Shown here: positions 1-11,865 of the stretch, piece by piece
Numbering within the stretch: position 1 is the first letter of the stretch
How the letters are laid out: every line of letters begins with the position of its first letter
From: Octopus vulgaris
Lineage: Eukaryota
Direction: 5' to 3'
Assembly (NCBI GenBank): GCA_951406725.2
Contig: OX597835.1
Coordinates: 6,572,001-6,636,000, forward strand
Length of the DNA: 64,000 nt
Position numbers and translations under genes: made by a program
The notes under the pieces: model-generated
The model's input: the letters and a program-made list of their open reading frames with translations, nothing else
The model's database searches: none
What the model was told of the DNA's origin: nothing

Positions 1-669
1 TATATGTGTATGTATATATATGTATGTGTGTATATATATGTGTATATGTGTGAATATATGTATATGTATGTGTATGTATATATGTGTCCGTGTGTGTATG
101 TATATTGCGTGTGTGTATATGTGTATGTATATTGTGTTTGTGTGTATATATATATGCACACACACATAGATTTAGTAAAATAACTTATTTGGAGTTTGTG
201 TTGGGAATTTAATTTAACATGAAATTTCGATGGAAGGTTTTTATTTAAAATCACTTTATATCAAAGAACCAAGGGTGATCTCCAATCGGTTGGCAAAAAA
301 ACCCAGAAAAATAGAAGATAATGTAGTGTTAAAAATAGAAGATAATGTACTAAGTGATGGTCATGTTTAGAATGCCTTTGATTGTTCCCCTGCACAATCC
401 TGTCTAACCTGAAGTTAAACATGAGTAATATTGTTTCTTTCTTGTCGTACTGGAATTGATGCAACTTTTATTCATTTCCTACCAATTCCTGGTTCTTTGC
501 CAGTGCGAAAAAAAAACTAATTTGGTATTAACCTAATTTGTCTGAATTAACGTGTTTTTTATATAGCACTGATGGACCGTTCCATATTGATTAAAACACC
601 TAGATTATTTATGCCAATTACCATTTTTGGGAAGCTGTAGCATCATGTCTTGTCTTGTGATATTGTTGA

Positions 670-903
670 GGCGGCGAGCTGGCAGAACCGTTAGCACGCC
701 AGGCAAAATGCGTAGCCGTATTTCGCCTGCCGTTACGTTCTGAGCTCAAATTCTGCCGGGGTCGACTTTGCCTTTCATCCTTTCAGGGGTCGATAAATTA
801 AGTACCAGTTAAGCACTGGGGTCAATGTAATCGACTTAATCTGTTTGTCTGTCCTTGTTCGTCCCCTCTGTGTTTAGCCCCTTGTGGGCAATAAAGAAAT
901 AGG
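670..903 (+). mobile_element. tRNA-derived SINE family A (MetaSINE-like central domain), full length
   Basis: head ggcggcgagctggcagaa, B-box-like gagctcaaattc, Meta-like gtcgactttgcctttcatcctttc...gtcgataaattaagtaccag; 9-bp TSD tattgttga (661-669/904-912). Confidence 0.85.
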
Positions 904-1520
904 TATTGTTGATCTTGGTTGTAGATTTTCGTCTGCGTCTAACAAATAAGTTTCTGTAGAGTGGATTTAGAGATTTCATCCTTCCCGTGTCGATAAATTA
1001 AGTACCAGTTGAGTACTGGGGTTCGATATAATCGACTTAATCCGTCTGTCTGTCCTTGTTCGTCCCCTCTGTGTTTAGCCCCTTGTGGGCAATAAAGAAA
1101 TAGGTATTGCTGATCTTGGTTGTAGATTTTCATCTGCGTCTAACAAATAAGTTTCTGTAGAGTGAATATAGAGATAACTGATATTGTCGTCTTCATTGCC
1201 ATCACCACCTTCATCATCGTCACCATTTTCGTGATGGTGATGCACCATCACCTTTAACCCTTTCACATATCTGGCCTGCACATGATACTCATTTTATGTT
1301 CTAACCAGCCAAATCCACTCACAATGCTTTGGTCAGCCCGAGGCTATAGTAGAAGACACTTGCCCCCAAGATGCCGTGCAGTGGGATTGAACCTGGAACC
1401 TATGCCAGTATGGGAGACGGATGGTGACGATGGTGATGATATTACATTCGTTATGTATTGCTGTGTTGTTTATGTTACAGATGTGATCGTTGTTACATTG
1501 GTTGACTGTTTATGTTACAG

Positions 1521-1653
1521 GTATGACCGTTTATTGAAGGACGTCACCATAGCTTTGGTTGGTAAATACACACAACTAGAAGACGCTTACGCTTCGGTCA
1601 TAAAAGCCTTGAAGCATTCTTCCCTTGCTGTGAACCATCGTCTCAATTTAAGG
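1521..1653 (+). CDS. CTPS1: CTP synthase, internal exon (upstream exons lie outside the window)
   Basis: tgttacAG|g acceptor, agg|GTaagc donor; encodes (R)[44 protein letters not shown] with the [19 protein letters not shown] motif. Confidence 0.96.
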
Positions 1654-1762
1654 GTAAGCACTGTGAATGTTTTTGTATTTCATTAGTAATAACACAGTAA
1701 CTTATGTTACATAGTAACTTAAATTTCACGGTAGCTAGGTAGGTAGGAAGGTATGACATTAA

Positions 1763-1983
1763 CCCTTTAGTGTTCACATTATTCTGCCAAAATTAATCCT
1801 TTTTTATCCACTTTGTTTTGAACTAATCATGCATTATCTTGTAGCTATGAGAATTTGATGAGGCAGCTGTAAAATTTTAAAATGGTATTGTAGGGTTGGT
1901 GTGAGAGACCAGATCTGGCCAGTTTGAACATAAAACAGGCAGAATACTTTTGGCCGGATATGGCCGGTTTAAATGCTAAAGGG
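1763..1983. mobile_element. Non-autonomous piggyBac-type MITE
   Basis: TTAA TSD on both sides, termini CCCTTTAG...CTAAAGGG; multiple copies in the window. Confidence 0.88.
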
Positions 1984-2100
1984 TTAATAAATGTACCTAC
2001 CTAGCTACTGTGAAATTGTGGTTTATGGTGTGGGTGAGGTCTCTCAGTCAGGGTTGACCATTCCTCTGAAGACATACATGCAGGCCTGGGCATGACGATT

Positions 2101-2843
2101 TTAACCCTTTGATTATCATATTTCTTTTAAAACATGCATCCTTTGTTTCAATTAGATTTGAAAATATAAAGAATTTAGTACAGATCTTCGCAAGCAGAGT
2201 TTAGTGTTCAATTTTTTATAAAATACTAGCAGCATAGCCCGGCGTTGCCCGGGTATGTAAGAGCCCCTAGTTGGCAACGACTAATCCCAATCTAGTCCTT
2301 TCCCTCTAGGGAACGAAGGCGCATGTGTAGGTTGCAATGTCTTCTCTTCACTCGAATACTTCTGTGTATACGATGTTCCTAGCTGTCCCTTTGGGCGAAA
2401 ACATGGAAAACATCATTGCGCCTCCCAACGCGTGAACAGCCCACGTACAGCCCAGAAAATGTGTTGCATATAAAAAGCTTAGATTCTCGACCCCATGTCG
2501 AATTTATCGATTTCTTTCAGAACTGGGGGAACTTTTAAAAATTTTCGCTGCATTAGTTTTGAATTATGACATTGGGCTATGTGTGTGTCAAGTTTCATCA
2601 GAATCGGTTGAAAGCCGTGGTCAGGGTGAGGGTACAACCTGACAGACACACAGACTGCCGTTTATATATAGAAAGATATTTCATGTATTTCAATGAATTT
2701 TGAAAATAATGAAAATAATTAAATGGATGTTGGGAAATAGAAATGAATGAAATGGTTTAAATATAAACACTTTCAAATAGGAAAGTTTTTCTTTTTTTTT
2801 TATGGTGTGATGGTCTTTGATGGATTGGTATCAAAAAGGTTAA
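2101..2843. mobile_element. Second, older piggyBac-like MITE family, interrupted by a Helitron
   Basis: ttaaccctttgattatca ... tggtatcaaaaaggttaa termini; relatives at about 3755-3961, 14833-15078, 16695-16925. Confidence 0.5.
2226..2676 (-). mobile_element. Non-autonomous Helitron
   Basis: on the minus strand: 5' TC...TATATATAAA, subterminal hairpin cccgg-cgttgc-ccggg (2238-2253), 3' CTAG; inserted between A2225 and T2677 with no TSD. Confidence 0.8.
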
Positions 2844-2881
2844 TAATGATGGTGGTGATAATGATTCTGTTTTTATTGCAG

Positions 2882-2970
2882 TACATAGAAGCAGATGATC
2901 TGGAACTGGAGACCCAGAAAGAGAATCCAAGTAAATATCATGAGGCTTGGCACCAACTGGTTGGATCCAA
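2882..2970 (+). CDS. CTPS1: CTP synthase exon
   Basis: ttgcAG| ... aa|GTgagt; YIEADDLELETQKENPSKYHEAWHQLVGS; the His in YHEAW corresponds to the human CTPS1 filament-contact residue H355. Confidence 0.96.
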
Positions 2971-3000
2971 GTGAGTAATCTCTTGCAATTTGTGAGGATA

Positions 3001-3300
3001 TCATCATCATCATCGTTTAACATCCGTTTTCCATGCTAGCATGGGTTGGACGGTTCGACCAGGGTCTGGGAAACCAGGAGGCTGCACCAGGCTCCAGTCT
3101 GATCTGGCAGTGTTTCTACAGCTGGATGCCCTTCCTAACGCCAACCACTCCGCGATTGTAGTGGGTGCTTTTTACGTGCCACCTGCACAGGTGCCAGGCG
3201 AGGCTGGCATCGGCCACGATTCAGATGGTGCTTTTAATGTGCCATCGGCATGGAAGCCAGCCAAGGCGGCGCTGGCATCGGCCACGTTCGGATGGTGCTT
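3001..3300 (-). mobile_element. Retroposon 3' module family D ending in (GAT)n
   Basis: ggtggcacgtaaaaagcaccc...ggttggcgttaggaagggcatccagctgtagaaa...ggacgttaaacgatgatgat; other copies at about 6881-7190(+), 8005-8118(+), 8829-8978(+), 9410-9580(-), 16550-16660(+), 44538-44729(+). Confidence 0.8.
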
Positions 3301-4405
3301 ATATATATATATATATATATATTGAAAAGCATTTGTTGTTGTTACACATTATTGTAACAGATGAAGAAACACTTTTTTGTTGTGACTAAAGGAATTTATT
3401 GAATGTAACTGAAGTTTCACACACACACACACAAACACACATTCTCGCTCTCTCTCCCCTCCCCCATTTAGTCTTGTTGGTAACCTGTTATTTCACAAAA
3501 CAGCTCCAGGACTCTGTTTTGCCAACTACTTCTCAGAGATGGTTGATAAGGTCTAAACAAGTTTGGAAACTGTCTGAGGTGGATTCAAAGTTTTCTTTCT
3601 CTTAGAATGGAAAGTCTGTGCCATTTGTTGATTCTTAATGTTTTGCTATGTTGTTATTTTCACCTTATCGCTATTCCTAACATTTACTAAATTTCAGGAG
3701 TTTAGTTCCTGGGAAAGTCAATTAAGGGGTGGAGGAATTCTCGGATCCAGCCAATTAACCATTTTGTTACCATATTTCTGTTAAATTGCACTGCCTCTGT
3801 TTTAATTAATTTTGAAGATAATTTAATCAACTGCTATTCTTAATATGGAGTTTGGGACATAAATTAACGAGGAAGATTTTAATTTAGATCGTTTTGAAAC
3901 AGGGAAATTTGCATCATGGAACCATAGGCAGTCTTGGACAGGTTGGTATCAAAAGGGTCAAAATGTAAGATTTTCCCACTGAAAATTTTTAGAACAGAAA
4001 ATTTTTATGTCTTTTGTTTTTAAATTTTGACATCTTTTGACCGGTAGTACCGTCCATCATTCTATGACAATTTTCTCATTGAATTGGCACGAGTATATTA
4101 CAGGTACCAGTATTCATTGAGCTCTTAATTACAGAATGCAAACTGTATAAAGATGGCTTGGTGCTTTATGCTCTTCAATTTCTGATTCTCTAAGAATCCA
4201 AGACAATCACTTAATCTGGCAGTTCCACCATTTTCTGACAAGTCTCTGACTATTAAACCAAACAAGTGCTCCTCTCTCTCTATCCTTCTGGTTTTCCCCC
4301 TCTACCCTTTCCTCCCTCCTGTGTGTTTCAGTAGTATTGTAGATTAATTAGTATAATAATTATCACCTGGTAATTAGAGTAAATGTCGTTATTTTTACAT
4401 TGCAG

Positions 4406-4500
4406 TGGAATTCTAGTCCCTGGAGGCTTTGGCATCCGTGGAACAAATGGCAAAATCCAGGCTGCTAAATGGGCTCGAACGAACAAAATTCCATATTTGG
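4406..4500 (+). CDS. CTPS1: CTP synthase exon
   Basis: ttgcAG| ... g|GTatgt; (N)[36 protein letters not shown] oxyanion motif; phase matches neighbouring exons. Confidence 0.97.
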
Positions 4501-4514
4501 GTATGTAAATCATC

Positions 4515-4908
4515 TTAGGTTATTCTACTACTCCCCACCTTCCAGCCTCCTCCCTCTGCATTTTGCTCTCTGGTTGTCTCCTCTTGCCACCTCTCACTCT
4601 CAGGTCGTCTCCACCCACCGCCTCTTGCTCTCAGTTGTCTCCTCCCACTGGGTTTTCTCAGGTTATCTCCCTCTGTCGCTCTCAGGTTGTCTCCTCCCTC
4701 TGCCTCTCGCACTGTTTGTCTCCTCCCTCAGCCTCTCTTTCTCTGGTCATGTCTTCCCACCCTGGTCATCTCCCATCTCCTTTCCATCAGATTGTCTCCT
4801 GCTGCCTCTTGCTCTCCAGTCCTCTCCTCCTTCCTCCTTTCTGTCAGATTGTTTCCTCCCACTGAGTCTTACTCTCTAGTTGTCTCCCCTGCTGTCCTTT
4901 CTCGGGTT
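4515..4908. repeat. Degenerate pyrimidine-rich minisatellite in a CTPS intron
   Basis: recurring ctctcaggttgtctcctccc-like unit. Confidence 0.75.
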
Positions 4909-5636
4909 GTATATGTGTATATACGTGGAAAACCTGTGGCTTAATGTTTGGTGGTCATTTGGTTCATGATCATAAGATTGTGAGATTTATTCCCAACAGC
5001 GTGGTGTGTCCTTGAGCAAGACACTTTATTTCACGTTGCTCCAGTCCACTCATCTGACAAAAATGAGTAGTAATTCAGATGGGCCAACCATGTCAAATTC
5101 AATGTCAGGTAGAATCTTCCTGAGAACTACATTGAGTACATGCACCTGTGTGAGCAAGTGTCTTCTACAGCCTTGTAAGTGGATTTGGTAGATGGAATCT
5201 GAAAGAAGCCCATCGTGTGTATGTGTGTGTGTGTATATATATATTTGTATGTGTTTGTTCCCCAATACCATTGCTTGGTAACTGATGTTGGTGTGTTTAT
5301 GACCCCAAAGCTTAGCAGTTGGACAAACGAGATTGATAAAATAAGTACTAAGCTTACAAAGAATAAGTCTTGGGGGCCCAATTTCTTCGACTAAAGGCTG
5401 TGCTCCAGCATGGCCACAGTCAAATGACTGGAACATGTAAAAGAGTGTGTGTTTGTGGGAGCTCATGTAGCAATGAAGTAAAAACCTTAACTTTGGAATA
5501 AAGGAACAGAATGCATTTTTGCCCATGCATATACATGTATGGACCCAGTTGTGTAAGTGTTGTGATGAGAAAACCGTTTTGTGTTGAGCAAATGCAGAAT
5601 GTTAATATTTTATTCATCTCCTCAATTTCATTTCAG

Positions 5637-5743
5637 GAATTTGTCTCGGCCTGCAGTGTGCTGTTGTTGAATTTGCTCGCAATGTTCTTGGAATGGAAGA
5701 TGCCAGTTCTACTGAATTTAACCCTGACACAACATCCCCTGTG
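5637..5743 (+). CDS. CTPS1: CTP synthase exon (catalytic Cys)
   Basis: tttcAG| ... gtg|GTatgt; [36 protein letters not shown], class I GATase nucleophile GxCLG. Confidence 0.97.
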
Positions 5744-5835
5744 GTATGTTGACTCCCCAAATTACTTCACATTACAGTTTCTTTTTACGCATACCCCACA
5801 GCCAGTCTTACACATACCCTACAAATCTCAGCTGG

Positions 5836-5859
<24 letters not shown>

Positions 5860-5866
<7 letters not shown>

Positions 5867-6428
5867 TCAACCCCAGAAAGATAAAAGGTGGCATTTGAAC
5901 CCTGTGAAAACAGGTGAGATGCCACAGAGCATTTTGCCCCGCATGGCAGCTTGCTGCCTTCACCTTTCTATTAATATTAATAACCCTTTCTACTAAAGGT
6001 TCAAGACCTGAAATTTGGTGCGAAGGGTCTTGTCAATTTCATTGACCTCAGTGTTTCACTGGTACTTAATTTATCGACCCAGAAAGGACGAAAAGCAAAA
6101 CTGACCTCAATGGAATTTTGAACCTCAAACGCAGCGATGGACGAAATACTGTTAAGCATTTCGTCCAGCATGCTAAAGATTCTGCCAGTTCGCTGCCTTA
6201 ATAATAATAATAATCCTTTTTACTAAAGGCTCTAGGCCTGAAATATGGGGGAGGGCACTAGTTGACTATATAAACCCCACTGTTTCACTGGTACTTCATT
6301 TATTGACCCCAAAGTGATGAAAGTCAAAGTTGACCTTAGTGGAATTTGAACTCTGAATGCAGTGACAGGCGAAATACTGCTAAGGATTTCGTCCAGCGTG
6401 CTAACAATTCTGCCATTTCACTGCCTTA
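5860..6428 (-). mobile_element. Tandem run of diverged family A SINEs separated by (TAA)n
   Basis: repeated ctggtacttaatttatcgaccc...ggaatttgaactc...ttctgccagttcgctgcc blocks. Confidence 0.7.
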
Positions 6429-7459
6429 ATAATAATAATAATAATAATAATAAGAAAAGAATATGGTCTATTTGGTACAAGCGTTTGGCATCAACTCCAG
6501 GAAGACCAAAATTCTGTGAGAGGTGTGTGGAGTAGAATTGATCAAATAAGCTCTAGTTTGTTCCTGATATTTCTATGGTAAATAACTCTGGAAGGTTAAA
6601 TGGCAACATTGACTCTTCTGGTGTAATTTCATTTTGATGAACATAGGGGAACGTAAGAAACAACAATGGTACGTTGTCGATGCTTTTCACCATCTCTGAC
6701 ACCATATTCCCCCTTGTTTATTATCATTTGATAATGACACCTTGTAATTCTTTGTTGTTTGGTAATGATGACATAGAATTCTTTGGAAGTTATTTTGTTA
6801 ATGATGCTATATAATTCTTTGGTGCATAAAATTCTTTGTTTAAGAACATCGAAATAAATATCAATGGAAATAGTAGTTGTGATACCTGTGCTGGTGGCAC
6901 AAAGAAGGCACCATCCGAATGTGGCCGTTGTTGGCTCCCGTGCTGGTGGCACGTTAAAAGCTCCAACCGATCGTGGCCGGTGCCGGACCCTCCTGGCACC
7001 TGTGCAGGTGGCACGTAAAAAGCACCCACTACACTCGCGGAGTGGTTGGCGTCAGGAAGGGCATCCAGCTGTAGAAAATCTGCCAGATCAGACTGGAACC
7101 TGTTGCAGCATCCTGGCTTCCCAGACCCCGGTCGAACCATCCAACCCGTGCTAGCGTGGAAAACGGACGTTAAACGATGATGATGATGATTATTGGGTAA
7201 TGATGCCATAAAATTCTTTGATCATTTAGTAACGATGCTGAGTTCTTTAATCCTTTTAGCATTAAGAATCTTCTGTCAAATGTATTGCTTATTATTTATT
7301 CATATTGCCTTGAATTAATCATGCATTATCTTGTAGCATTAACACTTCAATGGTTTTGTTTTAGTTTTAGGACATTTTAGGGGTAGGTCTAAGAGGCTGG
7401 GTAAGGTCAGTTTGAACATAAAACAGCTGGAACATAGGGGCCGGATGTGGCCAGTTTAA

Positions 7460-7680
7460 CCCTTTAGTGTTCGCATTATTCTGCCAAAATTAATCCTTTT
7501 TTATCCACAATGTTTTGAACTAATCACGCCTTATCTTGTAGCTATGAGATTTTGATGAGGTAGCTGTTAATTTTTAAGATGATATTGTAGGGTTGGTGTG
7601 AGAGACCAGATATGGCCAGTTTGAACATAAAACAGGCAGAATACTTTTGGCCGGATATGGCCGGTTTAAATGCTAAAGGG
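7460..7680. mobile_element. piggyBac-type MITE nested in an older copy (7251-7695) of the same family
   Basis: TTAA at 7456-7459 and 7681-7684; near-identical to 1763-1983. Confidence 0.88.
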
Positions 7681-7759
7681 TTAAACACTAATGGGTTGAT
7701 CATTATTTAGTAATGATGTCCTACAGTTTGTTACCATATGATTCTTTATCTTATTTAAG

Positions 7760-7856
7760 GTTATTGAAATGCCGGAGCACAATCCTGGTAAATTAGGAGG
7801 AACAATGCGACTGGGGAAAAGGAAAACGATCTTCAGAAGCAATAAATCAATCACAA
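7760..7856 (+). CDS. CTPS1: CTP synthase exon
   Basis: ttaAG| ... a|GTaagt; [39 protein letters not shown] motif. Confidence 0.97.
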
Positions 7857-8140
7857 GTAAGTTGGCTTTTTTCTGTTTTGTTGTTGTTAATCAGTTCTAC
7901 AATCAATCATTGGTCAGGACCAATGGAAATGAAGAGTCTTGACCAGCGTGTGTTGTTATTGGTGATTAAGTAGCGTTAAAGGTTATTGGGCGATACATTA
8001 TAGCAGAAACTCTGCCAGATCAAGACTGGAGCCCGGTGCAGCCATCTGGTTCGCCAGCCCTCAGTGAAACCGTCCAACCCATGCTAGCATGGAAAGCGGA
8101 CGTTAAACGATGATGATGGTGATGGTGCGGCAAGCTGGCT

Positions 8141-8356
8141 AAGGCGGCGAGCTGGCAGAAACGTTAGCATGCCGGGCGAAATGCGCAGCTGTATTTCGTC
8201 GTTACGTTGTGAGTTCAAATTCTGCCGAGGTCGACTTTGCCTTTCATCCTTTCAGGGTCGATAAATTAAGTACCAGTTACGCACTGGAGTCAGTGTAATC
8301 GACTTAATACCTATGTCTGTCCTTGTTTAGCCCCTTGTGGGTAATAAAGAAATAGG
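8141..8356 (+). mobile_element. SINE family A
   Basis: near-identical to 670-903. Confidence 0.85.
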
Positions 8357-9106
8357 TATTTTTTAATTCAACCGTAGCCTCAAAATAGCATTCGGGTGGC
8401 AGACTATTCGTGTATGTTTAGATTTTGTAGAAGCTTCGATACACACACACACACACACACACTTCCCAGCCTTGTGGTTCTGGGTTCAGGCCTACTGTAT
8501 GGCACCTTGGGCAAGAAGTGTCTTTTACAATAGTCTCGGGATGACCAAAGCCTTCTGAGTAGAATGGAAACTGACTGAACAAAGGCTGCCGCTTGTGCGA
8601 GTATTTGAACGTGTGTGTCCCAGCCCCACCACACTGCTTGACAACCGGTGTTGGTGTGTTTGCACCCCCACCCCCTCAGCGTAGTGGTTCGGCAAAAGAG
8701 ACCAATGGGATAAGTACCAGATTTGAAACGTGTGTGTGTGTTGTTGTTGTTGCGGTGTGAATAAATAGGCTTTACATTTGACAGTAATTTGGATGCTAAA
8801 CTTCCATCAAAATTAACACTTGTTATTGGGTTGGCGTTAGGAAGGGCATCCAGCTGTAGAAACACTGCCAGATCAGACTGGAGCCTGGTGCAGCCTTCTG
8901 GCTTCCCAGATCCCCCGGTTGAACCATCCAACCCATGCTAGCATGGAGAGAACGGACGTTAAACGATGATGATGATGATTCTGCTTAATTCTTCTTCTTC
9001 ATTTTCAAATTTAAATTAGATAACAACTGTATTTCAACAGAAATATAACGAAAGAGCTACGACTCCAGCAGATGATAACGTTTAACAATCTCTCTTTTTT
9101 CTTCAG

Positions 9107-9162
9107 AGAAATTATATGGAGATGTTGATTTTGTTGAAGAACGTCACCGGCATCGCTACGAA
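9107..9162 (+). CDS. CTPS1: CTP synthase exon
   Basis: ttcAG| ... gaa|GTaagt; (K)KLYGDVDFVEERHRHRYE, ERHRHRYE motif. Confidence 0.97.
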
Positions 9163-9902
9163 GTAAGTACCATTTGAACCTTCAACCTTTTGAAAATCAG
9201 CGTAAACTGAAACCGGTTAGATCTTAAATAATTTTAACTATTCTCAATGCATTTTCAACTTCGATTTTTCCTATATTTCTACCTGTGTGGAATAAAATAA
9301 CATTATTTTCTTCACACACACATACACTGTGTGTGTGTGTATATTGTTTTAATGTGCATTTCTCTATCCTATCACGAGTCGGGTGACACTCATGTTCACA
9401 AGCGCCTGTCTGTTTTCCATGCTGTCATAGATTGCATGATTTGACCAGAGCTGGTTGGCTAGAAGACTGCCCTGAGCTCTGCTGTGCTGTATGCTTTGGA
9501 AGGGTTTTTTTACAGCCGGACGCTCTTTATAATGCCTACCACATCACAGAGTGCACCGGGTGCTTTTTATGTCGCACCTGTGAGGTCACCTGGTAACTGG
9601 CAAGACAGATGACCTCAAATGAGAGAAGGGGTCTAGTATTGGGGGGAAGTGAATTTGTGTCAAGTGATGAGAGGTTAAGCTACCCCCACACATAATGTTT
9701 TCATTATTTTAATGTCCACTTTTCCACACCTTTCAAACATTCTCTCTCTCACACACACACACACACACACTTGCATACATGTTCTCAATCTTGCATACAC
9801 GTTCTCACTCACTCACCTACATGTTCGCACTGGGGCAATAGAAGACACTGGGACTGAAGCTGTAGAACCATGTGCTTGCAAAGTGAAATATTTAACTACA
9901 CA

Positions 9903-10010
<108 letters not shown>

Positions 10011-10065
10011 TTCAGAACAGTCTCCTTCTACAAATATTTCCACATTTTCTTCATGTCTTTTCCAG

Positions 10066-10162
10066 GTTAACCCAGATTACGTTGGAGAATTAGAGAAACA
10101 TGGAATGATGTTCTGGGGTCGGAGCGAAGATGGAAAGAGAATGGAAGTAATGGAACTGGAAG
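10066..10162 (+). CDS. CTPS1: CTP synthase exon
   Basis: tccAG| ... g|GTcagt; VNPDYVGELEKHGMMFWGRSEDGKRMEVMELE. Confidence 0.96.
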
Positions 10163-10827
10163 GTCAGTCTCTCTCCTTACCATTTTAGGAATTGACCTGG
10201 TGGTGGTGGCAGCACAGGCAATTGTAAGGGTAGTAGTAGTGGTGGTGAGGCTTGATATAGTTGGGGGAAGAATAGCAGCATTAATCCTCTGGCATTTAAA
10301 TTCATGTAAAAAAAAAAAGTAAAAGCATTTATTTTTTCATGTTTGAAATTAAGGATTTCAAAATGATAGTCTGAAAGAAATCAATATAAAATTATTGAAG
10401 TGTACAAATAAATTATTAAGCATGCAAAATTACGTCTAAAAACTCTACGAAAATAACACCTCAAAAATCAAATTTGAAAAAATTTTTCCGAAGAATTGGA
10501 CAGAATTTTCTGAACAACCTAATATATATATGACGGACTCTCCCGTCGTTAGATGACATGAGAGTATGACAGTTTCTTACCGAGCAACAACACATGATTT
10601 GTTTGTAGTGATCAAATGTTTGTGTAGAGATAAGCTCACTCCTGCCATTAGATCGATATTACCTGTACAGGTGCCACATGTCAGGTGTCAAAATAATCGC
10701 AATGTGAAATGAAGTGCTTTGCCCAAGAATACAATGCAATACCCGGTCTGGGAATCGAACCCACGATCTTACAGTCATGAGTGCAGCACCTTAACCACTA
10801 AACCATGCATATGTAACATATACATGT

Positions 10828-11140
10828 ATCACTATGATCACCGTGACCGACCAGGCTATCAGATGTTGCTACACATCGCTGGTCACAATGCGCTTTGCAT
10901 TGTTTTAGCCTTCAAATGACGCCACCCCGCTGGCTAGGCGAGCAGGCCAACAGAAGAGAGAGTGAGAGAAAGTTGTGGCGAAAGAGTACAGCTGGGATTG
11001 CCACCACCCCCTGCTGGAGCCTCGTGGAGCTTTAGGTGTTTTTGCTCAATAAACACTCACAATTCCTGGTCTGGGAATGGAAACCGCGATCCTACAACCA
11101 CGTGTGCACTGCCCTAACCACTGGGCCATTGCGCCTCCAC
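10828..11140 (-). mobile_element. SINE with family C head and a different 3' module
   Basis: similarity to family C stops near 10955; remaining 3' part is unrelated. Confidence 0.75.
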
Positions 11141-11506
11141 ACATATACATATATGTGTATGTACATATACATATGTGTATGTATGTATACATGTGTGTCC
11201 ATGTATACACACACACAACAGGCTTCCACACAGTTTCCATCTACCAAATTCATTCTCAAGGTATTGGTTGTCCTGAAAGCACAGTAGGCTGTTTCCTCAA
11301 AGTGCTGCTTAGTAGGAATGAACTACAAATCCCTTGGTTGGAAGACCAGCTTCTTAACCACACAGCCATGCTTATATAAAGTTTCGTTTAGAAATCTGAA
11401 GTTGGTGGGGGAAGACTTCAACCCCGTCAGATCTGGCCTTGGGGGTCAGTTTGTCTGATAGGTCATGCAGTAATTGTCTAATACCATTGACTTGTTCTTG
11501 TTGCAG

Positions 11507-11865
11507 ATCATCCATACTATGTGGCGGTGCAGTACCATCCCGAGTACATCTCGCGTCCTCTGAAACCATCACCTCCCTATCTCGGTCTGTTGCTAGCGGC
11601 GACGGGCAAGCTGAAGAACTTCTGTAAACACGGCAACCTGTTGTCTTCGCAGATGTCTTACGCCGACGAATTCGAAGATGAACTGTGCGAGTCTGTGAGG
11701 GAGAAAATTAACATGAAACAGAATGGATTTATCAGAGGGAATGGAATTATCAAAGAAAACGGTATCATCAAAGAGAATGGAATCCCCACAGAGAATGGAA
11801 TTATCAAAGAGAATGGAATTTTAACAAATGGTGCTATGAATGGTTGGACTGACAGTGAATTATAA
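11507..11865 (+). CDS. CTPS1: CTP synthase terminal coding exon (catalytic His-Glu, stop codon)
   Basis: ttgcAG|; (D)[28 protein letters not shown]..., HPE catalytic motif; TAA at 11863-11865 after an NG-repeat tail. Confidence 0.94.

Noticed and set aside
6720-7250. ~30-bp repeats with ATGATG resembling a CRISPR array or C/D snoRNA boxes
   Set aside because: Degenerate tandem units with no unique spacers, no cas genes and no terminal stem
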